DNA of 56,270 bases, filler included, from Dugesia japonica (GCA_001938525.1; 5 parts of 5 records of this genome joined end to end with filler, not necessarily neighbours in it), one strand, 5' to 3'. Positions 24,737 to 38,040 are shown, numbered from the whole stretch's first letter. Made by a program: numbers and translations. Notes: generated by a model from the letters alone, not told the origin.

Positions 24737-25335
24737 ATGACAACGGAATTTCATGTAATCGAAACGAAATTCTTAAACAGACTAATAATATATCCGTTTC
24801 GAGTAATTGTATTTATTTATTTTAATATTTAATATTTTCATTTAGGAAATTGCGAAGATACAACGATCTACTTATAGTTTGTTGATATCAGATATTGATT
24901 CAAATGGCAAGTATATTTTAAACTTATAATTCAAAAGAATGGAACTGTCAATTTCAATATAAGATACGGTTTTCATTAATATTAATGATTCAAAGGGAAC
25001 TGTATTCTAAAATTACTACTAAATACACATACAGGATCATACTTTGTAAGTCGTAATGCAGGAAACAATTCTGGTTTAAACCAACATTTTTGCTAATTTA
25101 TACAAATTGATTACTTGCACCGAAATTGATTACCACTGTTAATGATTGCAAACGAATAACTTTAATATCATTAATTTATCCATTTCCAACGGTTTACTGC
25201 ATCCCATTATTCGACAATTTCCTGATTTAAATAATATGATTGTATATTTCCTACTTTTGTCAACAAATTAAAAACATTTACCAATAAGAAATGACATTTT
25301 GCTTGTTACACCTTACGACACTTTACCTTTGTAAT
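24737..25335 (+). pseudogene. Intron-containing pseudogene, putative Polinton/Maverick minor capsid (penton)-like
   Basis: Exon 24737-24802 (MTTEFHVIETKFLNRLIIYPFR), a 43-nt GT-AG intron, then EIAKIQRSTYSLLISDID... and, across frameshifts, APKLITTVN..NIINLSISNGLLHPIIRQFP..HLPIRNDI. Homologous to 52187-51773. The penton assignment rests on recalled motif resemblance only. Confidence 0.5.
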
Positions 25336-25439
25336 TAGTATTAACTAACATAATTAATAATTTTTAATAAATGTGAATGTATATATATGTATTTTACAGA
25401 AATAAAATTTATTGATTTATTTAAACAAAGAGAAGTATT

Positions 25440-27175
25440 AAAATAAAGAAAAAGCTTCGATGAAAATAAAATGTATTTGCAAAGAAATTCAAATTTTCGA
25501 CACTTGTCTTCTTGAGGAATGATGACTTTTTGATAGATTCAATAGGAAAATAGATCTTTGCTACAAAATTCTTTATCTTTTATCGAAATTTTATTGGTCT
25601 ATTTAAAGTATAATGTTTTATTTGAAAATTAAATCTTAAAAATCTTTTTTTATTAACATTAAAATATTAAAACTTTAATATTAAATTTTTTTACTAATTT
25701 TTTTAAAAATTTATTAATTATTTTAATTATTGAAAATCTTTAAATTTCATACAGACAAAACAAATAAATTGGTAGCTTTACCTGAACAGTCATCCAAGGG
25801 TTTCTTCTCTGAACATCTGACTAATTATGAGACCATCATTCAAAAAAAAAACTACCAATTATTGAAGAGAATAAATTTAATAAAGAATTGATTAAAATTG
25901 TAGAGAAATATCAAGACCGAATAAAATCTTTATTTTTAGCAGTTACATGTCATGAACCAGTTCTATCCTCTATGTACTGTGTTCCTAAAGATCATAAAAC
26001 AATAATGAAAGGAAAACCTATTGCCAATGCTTCTGATACTCCATCTACTTCATTATGCAAACTTATGGCAGATTATTTGAGACCACTATTAAGTTTTATT
26101 CCGGCAAATTTGAAAAATAATTAAGAGTTTGTTGAACGAAGTAAGAATTATGACTGGAAAAACGATGATCGATTTGGTTCATTAGATGTAGCAAATCTTT
26201 AAGAATCAATTCCCATTGAAGGGCCGGAAAATTTCATCGATATTGTAAGTGATTTCTTTGAAAGATATAAAGAATGTACAGAAATTAAAGAGAACACCAA
26301 AAATGATTTCAAATGCCTTATTAATTTGTCTCATCTCTAATAACATTTTTGTCGGTGAACAACTTTGTAAATAAAAAGGTGATCTGGCAATGGGTAACAA
26401 TTTGTCTCCTGTTTTGGCGATAATTTTTATGAACTTCATTGAAAGTCAAATCATTTTCAAAGCTAAGAAAATAAGTCTATGGTTTGTTACTAATTCTCCT
26501 TCAGAAAATATTATAATTAGCCAATAGTATTAATGATAACATAAAATTCACTTTAGAGAAGTGAATTGACTTTTAGATTCATTTTCTGGACACCTCAATC
26601 CAAAAGAAACCTGGTGAATTATTAATTACCCAGTTGTATATGAAACCATTTCACAGTGGACATATATTACTTTGGAGTAGTAATACTACCATCAGAGAGA
26701 AAATTGGAATAATCAATGGTGAAAGAATAAGCGCTGAAAGACTATCTTCAAATGAAGAAAAAAGATTGATTTCCATCATGTTGATAAAAAATAAATTCCT
26801 AAATAATGATTATCCATAAAGAATTGTATCTTAGTACTTATACTCGAATACAAAATTTAATAAAATCAAATAAAAGACAAACACAGTAATTAAATTGTCT
26901 TTTATTAATGAGAAATGTAGCCGAATCATGCAAAATATAATAAAAAAATCGAAACTCAAACACAATCCAAGAATTATATTTAAAACGCAAGCACAATTGG
27001 GTATCCAATTACACTAAACAAGAAAAACTTTTTGTGGTCCCAAATGCATTTGTGATGGTAGAAATATCTGCAATAAAAAATATCACTTACAAAATAACAT
27101 GCACCTTATGTAAGGATACATATACAGGAGAATCATGTAGAAATATTTGTACAAGAATTAAAGATTAAATTATTT
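25440..27175 (+). mobile_element. Penelope-like retroelement (RT + GIY-YIG), degraded, preceded by an inverted pLTR fragment
   Basis: DKTNKLVAL; MYCVPKDHK..KGKPI; SLDVANL.ESIP; GDLAMGNNLSPVLAIIFM; IKFTLE; FLDT; YMKPFHSG; C-terminal YKITCTLCKDTYTGESCR..TRIKD. The segment 25440-25525 is an inverted copy of the hammerhead repeat. Confidence 0.9.
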
Positions 27176-28156
27176 GCGATTAAATTTTTGTCATCTTTTT
27201 CCTTTAAAATATTTTCATTTAATGTAAATTAAATTGAAAATAATTAGAATTAAGTTATTAAGATAAATGAGTAACAAATATTAAAATTTTTATTGAAATT
27301 TTAAAATCAAATTAATCTCTTAAGACAATAGCACACTTCATACTACCAATTTTTATTATAAATTGTATCATGAATAAAATATTTTCATTTTGGAATTACC
27401 CGCGAACTTGACGAATTAAAATTTATTCGAAAACCATTAGAAATTAATATCACATTTAATTTACTCTGATGAATAACCACAAAATTACAAAACATGGGAT
27501 TTTCAGCATCTATTTTGAGCAATCGCAGAAATGTAGTCATAGAAACGCGAGATACTTCAAATGATTAACGAGAAACTGTGTGTTTGTATTTCAAAGATTG
27601 AGCCTCAAATCAATCTTATTTGAGTTGAAAACAATCTCAACGGTCGAATTGATCAAAAATAGAGTAATAAATTAAACATTAAAAAATTTCTTTCACACTA
27701 ACGAAAGTATCATCTTTTTAATGTGTGCGCAGCGAAAACAAGTTTTGGTTTATTGCGCTGCAATCTGAAAAAAAGATGCTCGACACTGATTTAGAGTTAC
27801 GATACGCGGATTTTTTATAAAACAAATATAAAACTAGGTGTTTTATTGTATGCACCAATTGTCTTGACGGTCATTAAAATATTAAATCTTTTCAAAATGC
27901 TTTTCAAATGAAAAATTATTACCGTATTTCCTCATCGATGACGTATATCTTATGTATAAAACGGATCTAGAGTTTTATAATGAAAAGGTTATACATGAAA
28001 ATGATTTAAATAACGGATATCAACGAGCAGATCTTGCACTTCTTATATGTTTCATATAGTGTTGCGCAATTTAAATTTTTTCTTTAATGTGTTTTTTTGT
28101 ATAATCGCTAATACAGCACTAATTTTGCAATTACTATATCATAAAATTAGATTTAC

Positions 28157-31100
28157 CTATAATTATTAAGCCTTTTTTTGCTCTAGTTAAAGCTACATTC
28201 ACTTGATTTGGATCTGTTATAAATCCAAGATATCGGTTTTCCCAGCCAGGAGTAGGATTTTTATTTATGTCTTGTTGATTGCTTAATGAACGAACAGTAG
28301 AAAATATAATATAATCATTTTCTGATCCTATAGTAAATAATAAAATAAATCAAACATCAATAACTATCATTAACCTTGACTGCAGGTAACTGTTTTCACT
28401 TGTGACTCCATTTTTAAAATATTTTCTTGTTTTAAAATTTTATTGCATTCAGATTTAATTAAATTTTGCTGTAATTTATATTGCGTTAAAACAGTGATAA
28501 AAGATGGAGCTCTTCGTGGAGGAGCTAGTCTTTTAATTAATTTTCTATAAATACAACCCTAAATGAATAATATTTCACATAATTTTAAAAGAATTGAGTA
28601 ATAAAGTACAATAAAATAAAATGAAAATAAAAAATTTTAAAAAATTAAATGAAACTTTAAGAATAATTAAATTATTTCTGTTTTCAACATTTCGAGTAAA
28701 TTAGTTATTTATATTTTTACGTGTATGCATTAATTTCCTAGGCTTAGAAATTGGTTGTCTTAATAGTATTATATTATTACATCCATAAAAATTTTTGCCA
28801 TCAAATAAACATTATCTAACTCTAGTTTTCAGTATGGTTCATTTAAAAATAATGGAATAATTTTTTCATCTTTAGTATGGATTATGTCGAAATTTATCCT
28901 AACAAAACGCAATTTGCGGGAAGCTTTGCATCTTTATTTCCATTTTAAAAATAGTATTATGAAAAGTCAATAAATGGTATTAGACGCATAGGGCGATGCA
29001 GTTCATCGATTTCAATGTGTCAGTACTAGTTTTGCCGTTTTAAAAGTGGAGTATTTGACACCGATTACAAGGAACGTCCAAGAGAACAATAGAAAATAGA
29101 GGCTTTAGTCTTGAAACACAAGAAGAACTTGCAAAATCATTAAATGTTTATCAGTAAAAAATTGTTAAACTTTTGAAGACCATTGGAAAGATTCAAAAGC
29201 ATAGAAATTGGATACTGTATGAATTGAATTGAATACTGTATGTGGAAAGGCGTAAAATGACGTGCGAATTGCTTGTTCAAAGACGCAAAAGAAAAATCTT
29301 CTTATATTATATCATTATATGTGATGAGAAATGTACACGATTTGATAATTAGACGCGCATGAAATTGTGGTGCAGACCAAGAAAATCATAAAAATCGATA
29401 GTCAAGCCAAATATTCAAGGTACAAACGATGCTCTGCATTTGATGGAACCATGTGTGCGTAGTGCATAACGAACTGCTCAACCTAAAAAAATCATCACTA
29501 CAAAATTGTAGAAACATCAACTAATGCAATTAAGTGGAGCTTTTAATGAAAAATTGCTAGATTACAAAAAAGGTGCGAAAAACCAATTTTACAGCACGAT
29601 TAATCGTTCACATATTGCGAAAATTGTTAAGGAGACATTAGAGGTAATTAACTAGGAAGTCACACCACCCCTGTCATATTCCTCAAATATTGCTCCTTCA
29701 AATGTCTACCTATTCCGATTGATAACACATGACCTGTCTGAGCAGGGCTTCCACTCCAATGAGGATACCAGAAAATGAGTCGAATCGTAGATAGCCTCTA
29801 AAAATGCTCTGCACTCTCGCCGGGAATCCAACTTTCATTAGAATGATGGGGAAAGGTAGTCGACAGTGATGGGCAATATTTTGAATGAAATATTTTTAAT
29901 AATTTTTTATAATAAAGCCATATTTATTACTGCCGTATAAAAGCCGTTTATATGGAGCAACACCCGGGCTATAACAGTGATCTTGTATGGGCCAGCGTAT
30001 CTTTTATTGTCTTTTGTTCTAGTTTCTAGTTTTATCAATACTTCGTCTCCTACTTAGAATTGTCTTTTCGTAGGTGTTTCCTCCATCGACTCTTTGTCAT
30101 CTCTTTGGCTGTCAAACTATTGTTCTCTGTGAATTCTCCTACCAAATATTAATTCTGCTGGTAATATCTTTAATGTCTTTAGTATAGTTGCATTCATCTT
30201 TTATTCGATCTCCGGTATCTTGTTACTCCAATCCTTTTTTCTATCTTCCTCTACGGCTGCGTTAATACAGTCTCTGTTTGTGCGGAATTGTCTCTCTAAT
30301 CTATAATCTCGTTCGTATTGTGATGGTATGGACTTGAAAAATGTATTTCTATATTCATAGATTCTTAAAGCTTTTTGATTCAAATGTTTTACAATTGTCC
30401 ATTGACATTGACCTACTTATGGTTGTCATGTAAATGACATTGATCTATATTTCACTAGACTTTGAACAGTCGATCTTAAAATTCAACCGTGAACATTTGA
30501 CATTGATATTTCAAACCAGTTGACCTTAACCGTGGTGGTAGTGGTAGTAGGTAGATAGTGGCACACTGGCACAGCATATCAACACCTCCCCCCCGTGTGA
30601 CAAATTATTATGTGAGTTTCAGATTTCTAATGTAAATAGGCGTCGGCACACATTTGTGTGCATTATATAATAGTCTGTGAGATTATTACATAATACATTA
30701 ACTGTGCCACGATTTTAGGCGACGAGTAAATTTATGTGCATTACATAACTTTTGCTCGTATTTCTGAAAAGTATATCGAATTTTTTAAAATTTAAGCTAT
30801 TTAAACAGTCCTATTTTCCAGGCTATTTAAGAAGTAGTATTTTTTAGGCTTCTTAAGCGGTAATATTTTTCAGGATTTTTAAGCGATCGGTGATGTCGAT
30901 TTGGTAGGTAGATAGTAATAATATAACACATAACACAACTTGATCAAATCCCCCGAGGGAAATTTTTTAAAAGTAGTGATAAATTTTTTTAAATAAATTA
31001 AAAAATGGTGTTGATTTTGGTAAACTTTTTAAAAAACTTTTAAAAATAGTGTTAATTTTCAGTAAAATTTTTTAAAAAACGGTGTTATTTTTGGTTTGTG

Positions 31101-31747
31101 TTAGATTTTAAGAAAAAATTTTAAAGTGGTATTTAATTTTTAAAAAAGTGGTGTTAGTTATTATGAAGAATAAATTCTCTATGGTTTTATGTTTTCTTCT
31201 GAAAAAGTTCTATGCTTTTATCATTTGATTGAAAAAAAAATAACAAGAAATAAAATAATTAAAATTATAATCAATGAAACAAATATTTTTAATCATATTT
31301 CTAAGAAATTCGTAAACCTTACTACTGCTTCAACTTCTTTCTTATTACCACGAGAATTGTCGTTCCCTGTTGAAGTAGTTACAGACTGAGTAATTTCATC
31401 ACCAATTACATGGAAAAACACGATTCTTTCTGGATACCAATCAAATTCTGCTTTAAAACATTTGAAGAAGTCGGTTCTAAAACCAGGCCATTTCTCATTT
31501 GGTATCGCACTATAATTACTTGATTTTAACGCACTCTGGATATTTTTTTTAATAAAATATTATTAATGTAAATAACAAAAACTTGGTAATGTCTTCTACA
31601 TTTCCTATAATCAATTCCATTCCATTCAAAGTATGATTCACCAAATTTCATATCATCTTTATTCAATCCAGTCCACAAATTTGATATCTGAGTTTTCAAA
31701 CGACCTTTGTAAAATTCTCTACTTGGAAATTCACAAATGGAAGGATG
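28157..31747 (-). CDS. HELZ2-like UPF1/DNA2-NAM7 family SF1 helicase, C-terminal (AAA_12) exons; partial
   Basis: Exons 31747-31583, 31535-31323, 28558-28375 and 28327-28157 are GT-AG and in phase. Protein: HPSICEFPSREFYKGRLKT..IVFFHVIGDE..STGNDNSRGNKKEV..ITVLTQYKLQ..VKTVTCSQ|GSENDYIIFSTVRS..PTPGWENRYLGFITDPNQVNVALTRAKKGLIII. The G.NS..N and W...LGF..DPNQVNV segments are typical of HELZ2. Confidence 0.9.
28884..29888 (+). mobile_element. Mariner (Mos1-like, DD34D) transposase pseudogene in a helicase intron
   Basis: MSKFILTKRNLREAL..; ICDEKC..FDN; LQHD; PPLSYSSNIAPSN.YLFR; ends DGQYFE*. Many stops. Confidence 0.9.
29935..30400 (-). mobile_element. Ty3/gypsy integrase C-terminal remnant
   Basis: ERQFRTNRDCINAAVEE..DWSNKIPEIE..PAELIFGR..RWPIQ; related to the element at 23400-23800. 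Confidence 0.75.
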
Positions 31748-31863
31748 CTAAATAATTAGTTTTATAAACAAAGTAATATTTACATTATACTCATTCTTAT
31801 TATAAGGAAATATTAAGAAAAACAACAAATTTATTTTTAAATGTTTTTGAAGATATATTTAAA

Positions 31864-32025
31864 GAATTCATTAAAATAAAAGCTTCGATCAAATTTCAGG
31901 AATTGATTTTTCCTGACGAAGACAAAATCGAAAATTAGAATTATTATCAAAAACAAAAGAAAATTTGATCGAAGCTTTTATTTTAATGAATACTGAATAA
32001 AAATCAATGGTTACGTCCAACAATA
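31864..32025 (+). mobile_element. Penelope-type pLTR copy with 5' inversion and minimal hammerhead
   Basis: TTTTC-CTGACGA-AGACAAAATC-GAAA-A-TTA-GAATT at 31908-31942; segment 31864-31906 is an inverted copy of downstream sequence. Confidence 0.7.
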
Positions 32026-32244
32026 GTAGAAAGATAGTAGCGCAGAAGAACAGTATACATTAAGTAAACCCCCCCCCCCCGACGTAATCGGATTATTACA
32101 TAACTGTTTTTAAATTTTTCTAATGTATATAGGCGGCAGCACACNNNNNNNNNNNNNNNNNNNNNNNNNNNNNNNNNNNNNNNNNNNNTTAATTAATTAA
32201 NNNNNNNNNNNNNNNNNNNNNNNNNNNNNNNNNNNNNNNNNNNN

Positions 32245-32312
<68 letters not shown>
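32245..32312. repeat. (ATT)n microsatellite
   Basis: Pure ATT run next to a gap. Confidence 0.95.
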
Positions 32313-32869
32313 GATTAAGTATAGAATGGTTTGAAAAATCACTGTTTTATTCTGACTAAATATGTAGTAAATTACTAATTTCTTTTAGAGAAAAAAACTT
32401 TTAAGGGCCTAAAACTTAAAAGTAAATGGAAATTAAAAATTTCTTAAATCAAACGCTTTCATTTAATAAAAGAAATCACTAAATTGTAGAAAATAATTAT
32501 TTTGGTGAACTTGAAATATTTTTAAACATGACTAAGAATAAATTAGTACGCGCAATAGATTCTAGAGGTTTCCCGTTAATATAACAATTGTGTCATTAAT
32601 AAATACAATAATTACGCGAAATATAAATAAGAATGTGTGACCAAAACGGACTGCGGTAAAGGATGTATAACACAGGCTGTAAGTCATATTTTTTTCTTTA
32701 TGTATCACATATTTCAGTAAAGTCAGCTCATCAAGCAATATCTGATCAAAACTTTAAGCTCAATCTTAACATTTCCCATCGTTTACTTTACTTTTTGAGA
32801 ATTTATTTATATAATATTTATTATACTTGTCATTTTTGCTACTATTAGTTTTCGATTAACCAAACGAAT

Positions 32870-33700
32870 AAAGTAAATGATGAAATTTTTAAAACATTTA
32901 TGTGGTTTTTGTTTTAACATTAGTTGATCAGCCTTCATTTTACTGATGAACTAAAAATAGGAGAAATGCAATGACATGCAATTTATCTGTACGGAAGAAA
33001 TGGTTACCGTATGATTGAAATGAGAAACAAAAAATCGGTCTGCGAAAAAGTCGCAAAACACTTTTGAAAACAAGAACTCTTACCAAAAGAAGATTATGTT
33101 TGCCATTCGGTGTTATGTTAGAGATTTTATTCGTAATGACTTTCTGACTCCTGGAGAAACAAGTAAAACATATTGCAAATGTCAAATCTTCCTCCGATAT
33201 CGGTTAACATAGTAGATCTTATTACTTTTCGTGACAATACCCGGTTATACCATTGCTTAAATGATGATACGAAAGTTCCATGCGTTTGAGTAACATTTTG
33301 CAGCATCCACTTTACTCGCCAGACCTCTCACTTACCGATTATCATTTTTTCAAACTTCTAATGNTCTTCCAACAAGATAAATTTTTATTGAATATACTTA
33401 ATTCAGTAAAATTAAAACTTCGATGAAAAGTCAATTCCTGACGAAGACAAAGTCGAAAATTAGAATTATTATCAACAACAAAAAAAATAAATTTTGATTG
33501 AAGTTTTTATTTTAATGAATTCTGAAAAGCGATCAATGGTTATGTCCAACAATTATTCTCGTAATAATTACAAGTGTAAAACGAGTATACTGCTGAAAAT
33601 GCCTTCCAGTGGTTTATTAAATTATGAACACCGGAATTCTATACTATCATCTTATCTCTCATTGGCAAGCATATTTAAGAATATTTAAACAGTCATGAAT
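32870..33700 (+). mobile_element. Mariner transposase remnant, interrupted by a hammerhead repeat
   Basis: LLFRDNTR (HDNAR-like) and LQHPLYSPDLSLTDYHFFK. Confidence 0.7.
33433..33467 (+). ncRNA. Minimal type I hammerhead ribozyme (Penelope-type), within pLTR copy ~33400-33582
   Basis: AATTC (stem I) CTGACGA A GAC-AAA-GTC (stem II) GAAA A/TT (palindromic stem III) A^ GAATT (stem I'). Predicted cleavage is after position 33462. Confidence 0.75.
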
Positions 33701-34538
33701 ACAAAATTAAAGATAACCAAAATTGGGTAATTTTTTGGAATCAAAATTTGAAACATTCTTGCATAATACAAGTTTAAATTTAGAGTGAAAATATGTTAGA
33801 AATTCATAGAAAAAGAATAAATAATCATTTTATTTGTACTTTCTTAAAAAATTGGGACAACACGAGTTCCAACATTGTAACNTATTGACAATAAAAGCAT
33901 ATTTCATACTAAGTTTCATTTTAAATTCACAAATTTCAATACAACATGTTCATAAAAAATTAAGCTCATAAAAGAACAATGATTTTATGGGTGATATAAA
34001 AGTGACTTGCTATTAAGAGACTTATTATTAAGAAAACTCATTTGTGTGGGTTTCCGAGAGAATTTTGTTGGTGCTCCGTAAAATTTTGCTATACAGTTAT
34101 CATGCAAAGCGTAGTTTATGTTAAAGAATCAGCAAAATTCTCGTTTTATATTTATGGAAATAAAATGATAGTGATAAAAATCTTAAATTAAAACAAATAT
34201 TATAGTTCTCGGGCATGGCAAATGGATAGTGTAGGACTATAATTTCATTTCCCGTACGATTTATAAAAAATAAAATTTAAGCAAAACAAATAATTTTTCA
34301 AATTTTTCGCAAAAATGTTTTTGTCATAAAAAAATTTTATTCATTTTTTTTTGAAAATTGTAATAAAAGAAAATAAGTTTACATGAATCTTATATCATCA
34401 CTTTGATTTATATTTAATTATTTAAATAATATTTGTGAAATGATTTTAGAATTTAAAATATTTGATTAATTTTATTATTTTAATTTTTTTTTAAGATAAA
34501 ATTTTTTTATTAATATATATTTATTAATTGTTAATTTG

Positions 34539-34959
34539 TAGGGTTATTCATTATTATACACACCTTTATTCTTTTTTATATAAATATCCATTTTTGTGCA
34601 CTTTTATTCATCATTTATATTCATCAAATCTTATTGAAGAATTTCTTTATTCTATTTAAACAAGATTTTCTTGCGAAAGAAGAATTTATAGAAATTTCCA
34701 TGAAATTCGAAATTTGGATAATTGTGATGTTGTGTGTGTGTAATTTCTTTTTATTCATTCGAGAAATTTTATTGACAGGCATTATCAAAACATGCATTTC
34801 ATTAGTTGATTTCAATAAATTTCATGTTATTTTTTATTACGAATAAAAAACAATTACATAAATTACATAAACAAACGAAATGTTAAAAAAAAAATCGAGA
34901 AAAAGAATAAATTTGTAAATTTATTTTTATTTTTCTAAACATAATAATGAATAACCCTG
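34539..34959. mobile_element. Tc1/mariner-type MITE
   Basis: TIR (T/C)AGGGTTATTCATTATTAT at both ends; TA at the right flank. Confidence 0.65.
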
Positions 34960-35584
34960 TAATAATGAAGTACTTATAATTTTTTTAATACCTCACTAAT
35001 TTCAGCATCAAGTGTCCTATAGATTGTATTAGAGAATGGCCGTGTTGGGGTTTCAAAGTTTATTCGGCGGTAATTGTTAAATTTTCATTTAAAAAATTTC
35101 AGAAAAACACTTCTAGGATTCACCAATTTGCTGGACTGCCTCTCAAAATTTTGGAAGATGGGGAGATGGTACNTANACAATGTATAAAATTCCTATTGCT
35201 GCAGATTTTAAAAGTGAAGTGAGACCTCAACTAAATCATGGAATATTTTGTAGAAAGTGAGAAAATTGAAAATTAATTTCTGTTTTTTTTTTAATTTAAA
35301 TAATTGCCAAACATATTATTTATTTATTATTTATTATTGTAAAAAAGGATCAACATATTTAATTTTCCTTTTTAATATATCTTTAGTTCTTCGGAATTTC
35401 TTTAGTAATTTTTGTCGTGAAATAAATTTTTGAAAATTAAATTTGGAATTATTAATAACAATCCATTTATAAATAAATATAATAAATATAAATAATCCTT
35501 TGAAGAAGTTACAAGTAAAAATGTAAATTTAAATTAAATTAAATTTTTTTAAAGTTAAAATCAATTTAAAATAAATGATAAGTC

Positions 35585-36035
35585 TTATTTATAAAGGTAT
35601 TTTTGAAAAATATCTAAAAAAAGAATCTTATTTATAAAACTTATAAAATACCTAAAAATATTTATAGAATTTTTAGAATACCTAAGAAAATATTTATACA
35701 AAAACCAATTAAAAAAATTACTTAAGAATATTTAATAATATAAATATTTTGTTTAGTCAAATCTCATATATGACATATTTATATTATTACCCCTAAAATG
35801 GAAAATGTACATAATGGAAATTGGACATAATCGACGAACTTGTCTCAGGCAAATAAACAATCAATTTAGTTTTAATTTTTTAATTAATTTTTGAATATAT
35901 ATTTTCTTATGTATTTTATAAATTCCACAATTTTTTTTAGGTATTTTATTAATTCTATAAATATTTGTAGGTATTTTATAAATAAAATGATTTTTTTAAG
36001 TATTTTTTCAAAAATCCCTATTATAAATTATAAAC
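35585..36035. repeat. AT-rich inverted-repeat (foldback/MITE-like) element
   Basis: TTATAAAATACCTAAAAATATTTATAGAATT on the left arm is mirrored by AATTCTATAAATATTTGTAGGTATTTTATAA on the right arm. Confidence 0.5.
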
Positions 36036-37326
36036 TTTTATAAAAACTAAATAACGGCCATTTAAATATACAATTTCTATTATAATTTCTAATAAAACTT
36101 TGTGTAAGCAGTTTAAAAATTGTATTGATTCGTTAATAATTAGATTTCATAATCCGAAAATTAATGTACATACAAAATTATTTTGACTAAAATAATGAGA
36201 GCTTTTTGCGTTTTATTTTTTACATTACTGATATGAAATTATGAGTGAATTCTTCAACTTAGGTTTTAAATTTATAATTTAAAAATAGGTTTATTTATAT
36301 TTAATTAATATGACTCTCAAAGTTTCATAACAAATGTTTGAATCGTTGTTTGAATAATACCGACTGAATCATAATATATTTTAAATTTTGTCTGAAATTG
36401 ACGTTTATTCCGATGAAATAAATCACAATTAATTATTAGGTTTAGTTAGCGTTATTCAATTTTTTAAAAAAAAGTTTATTAGTTTTTTGCCTATTTAACT
36501 ATAATAAAATTTGTTTGAATAATTCTTGCTATTTAAATATAGATAATGTTATGTTAAAACAAATAATGGATTCTATGAATTTAAGAATTTTTAAATTAGT
36601 TTTTTTCATTGAAAACTATTTATTAATTATTAAGTTATTATTTTATTTATCTTTATGTAAAATTTTCCACACTCAAAAAGTACCGATTAAAAATAAATAC
36701 TTCATTCGTAAGAGGAATCATTTATAAACGAAATCAATTATAACATATAACAGTTTCATCAAATAGAATAGAAGGACCAGACAGCCTTTATTATACCAAA
36801 TTGTTGTAGATTAACATTAAAACGATGTTTTATTTAATTGAATACATTCGTTACAAATTTATTCATTTTACCAATTTGATTTTAGATTGTTTACATTTAT
36901 GATAAATAGTAAATCAGAAAATGAAAATTATTTTCAGTTTCATTTATATATGTGTAATGTAACTAAAAATAGGTTTTAAAGTATCACGAATAAACTCGTT
37001 ATTGAAAATGAATGGGTTAAATTTTATTTCAGAAAATTGTAAACAAAGATTTGAATTTAAAACACAAAATGCTATTTTGTTTGAAACGAATAAATATTTC
37101 GATGTATCTGAAATAGAAATGTATTATTAATTTAGAATATTACACTACATAACTCTCTCTCTCTATATATATATATATATATGTGTGTATGTGTGTGTGT
37201 GTTTTTTTTTGAAATTAATTTATACTTTCACTTTTTAAATTTATGCAACATCCAATATATAAAAACTTATACTAATCATTATTGTAATAAATATTATATT
37301 AATAAAATTTGCGTTTGTTTAAATAT

Positions 37327-37745
37327 TACAGGGTTGTCGAATTTTTATGGAATATTTTAGTTTTAATTTATTTTAGATAATTATGTCTGGTAATTAAATA
37401 TTCACCAATATTGGAGGAAAGTGGCAACTGAGGTCGCTTTATTTCACTCAAATGAATTTTTTCTTTTCAGGCATTATCAAAAATAAAGTATTTTCAAGTA
37501 ACACATGCACTGTTGATGACATGATTAATTTCATAAGAGAATCGTGCAAACAAATTGAATAATAATAAAGAACTCTGGGCAAAAGTGTGCTTGAATGTAA
37601 CAAAGAGGCTATTGAAATGTTTCAATGCTGACCGCTAACAATTCGAACACCTCAGAGACCCCATATAATTGAATTTATTGTTTTAACATAATATTTGGAT
37701 TTCACAAACGAATAGTTAGGCTGAATTGTATTTATGAAACCCTAA
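37327..37745 (+). mobile_element. Tc1/mariner-superfamily (WPPRSPDL-type) transposase remnant
   Basis: Left end TACAGGGT, right end GAAACCCT; WQLRSLYFTQMNFFFSGIIKNKVF is a degenerate WPPRSPDLTPLDFFLWG. Confidence 0.55.
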
Positions 37746-38040
37746 AAAAGAATTTTTTTAGTAGTTTACCACGTTACACTCTCATCTATATCAGTGTGTA
37801 TTTCGCCTTACAATGGTTTCGGTTCTTAGTGGGTATGATACACGGTTGCGAAAAGTTTATAGTATGCGGCTGGAGACCTCGTTATTAGCTGAATGTGTGG
37901 CGATTAAAATGTGAAATGGCTTAGCAGTACCATTTACTTATTTAATATTTTAATCATTCTTGTTGATTCTCAAAACTAATTGTATTGTTTTAGTCTGTAA
38001 GCTATGTTCCTATGTTACTCGTCAAGATGATTATTAGATA

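Noticed and set aside
25140-25221. Candidate terminal HELZ2 exon on the minus strand (GNCRIMGCSKPLEMDKLM..*)
   Set aside because: It is phase-compatible but lacks the expected LL...W..L pattern, and it lies antisense within the penton-like pseudogene.
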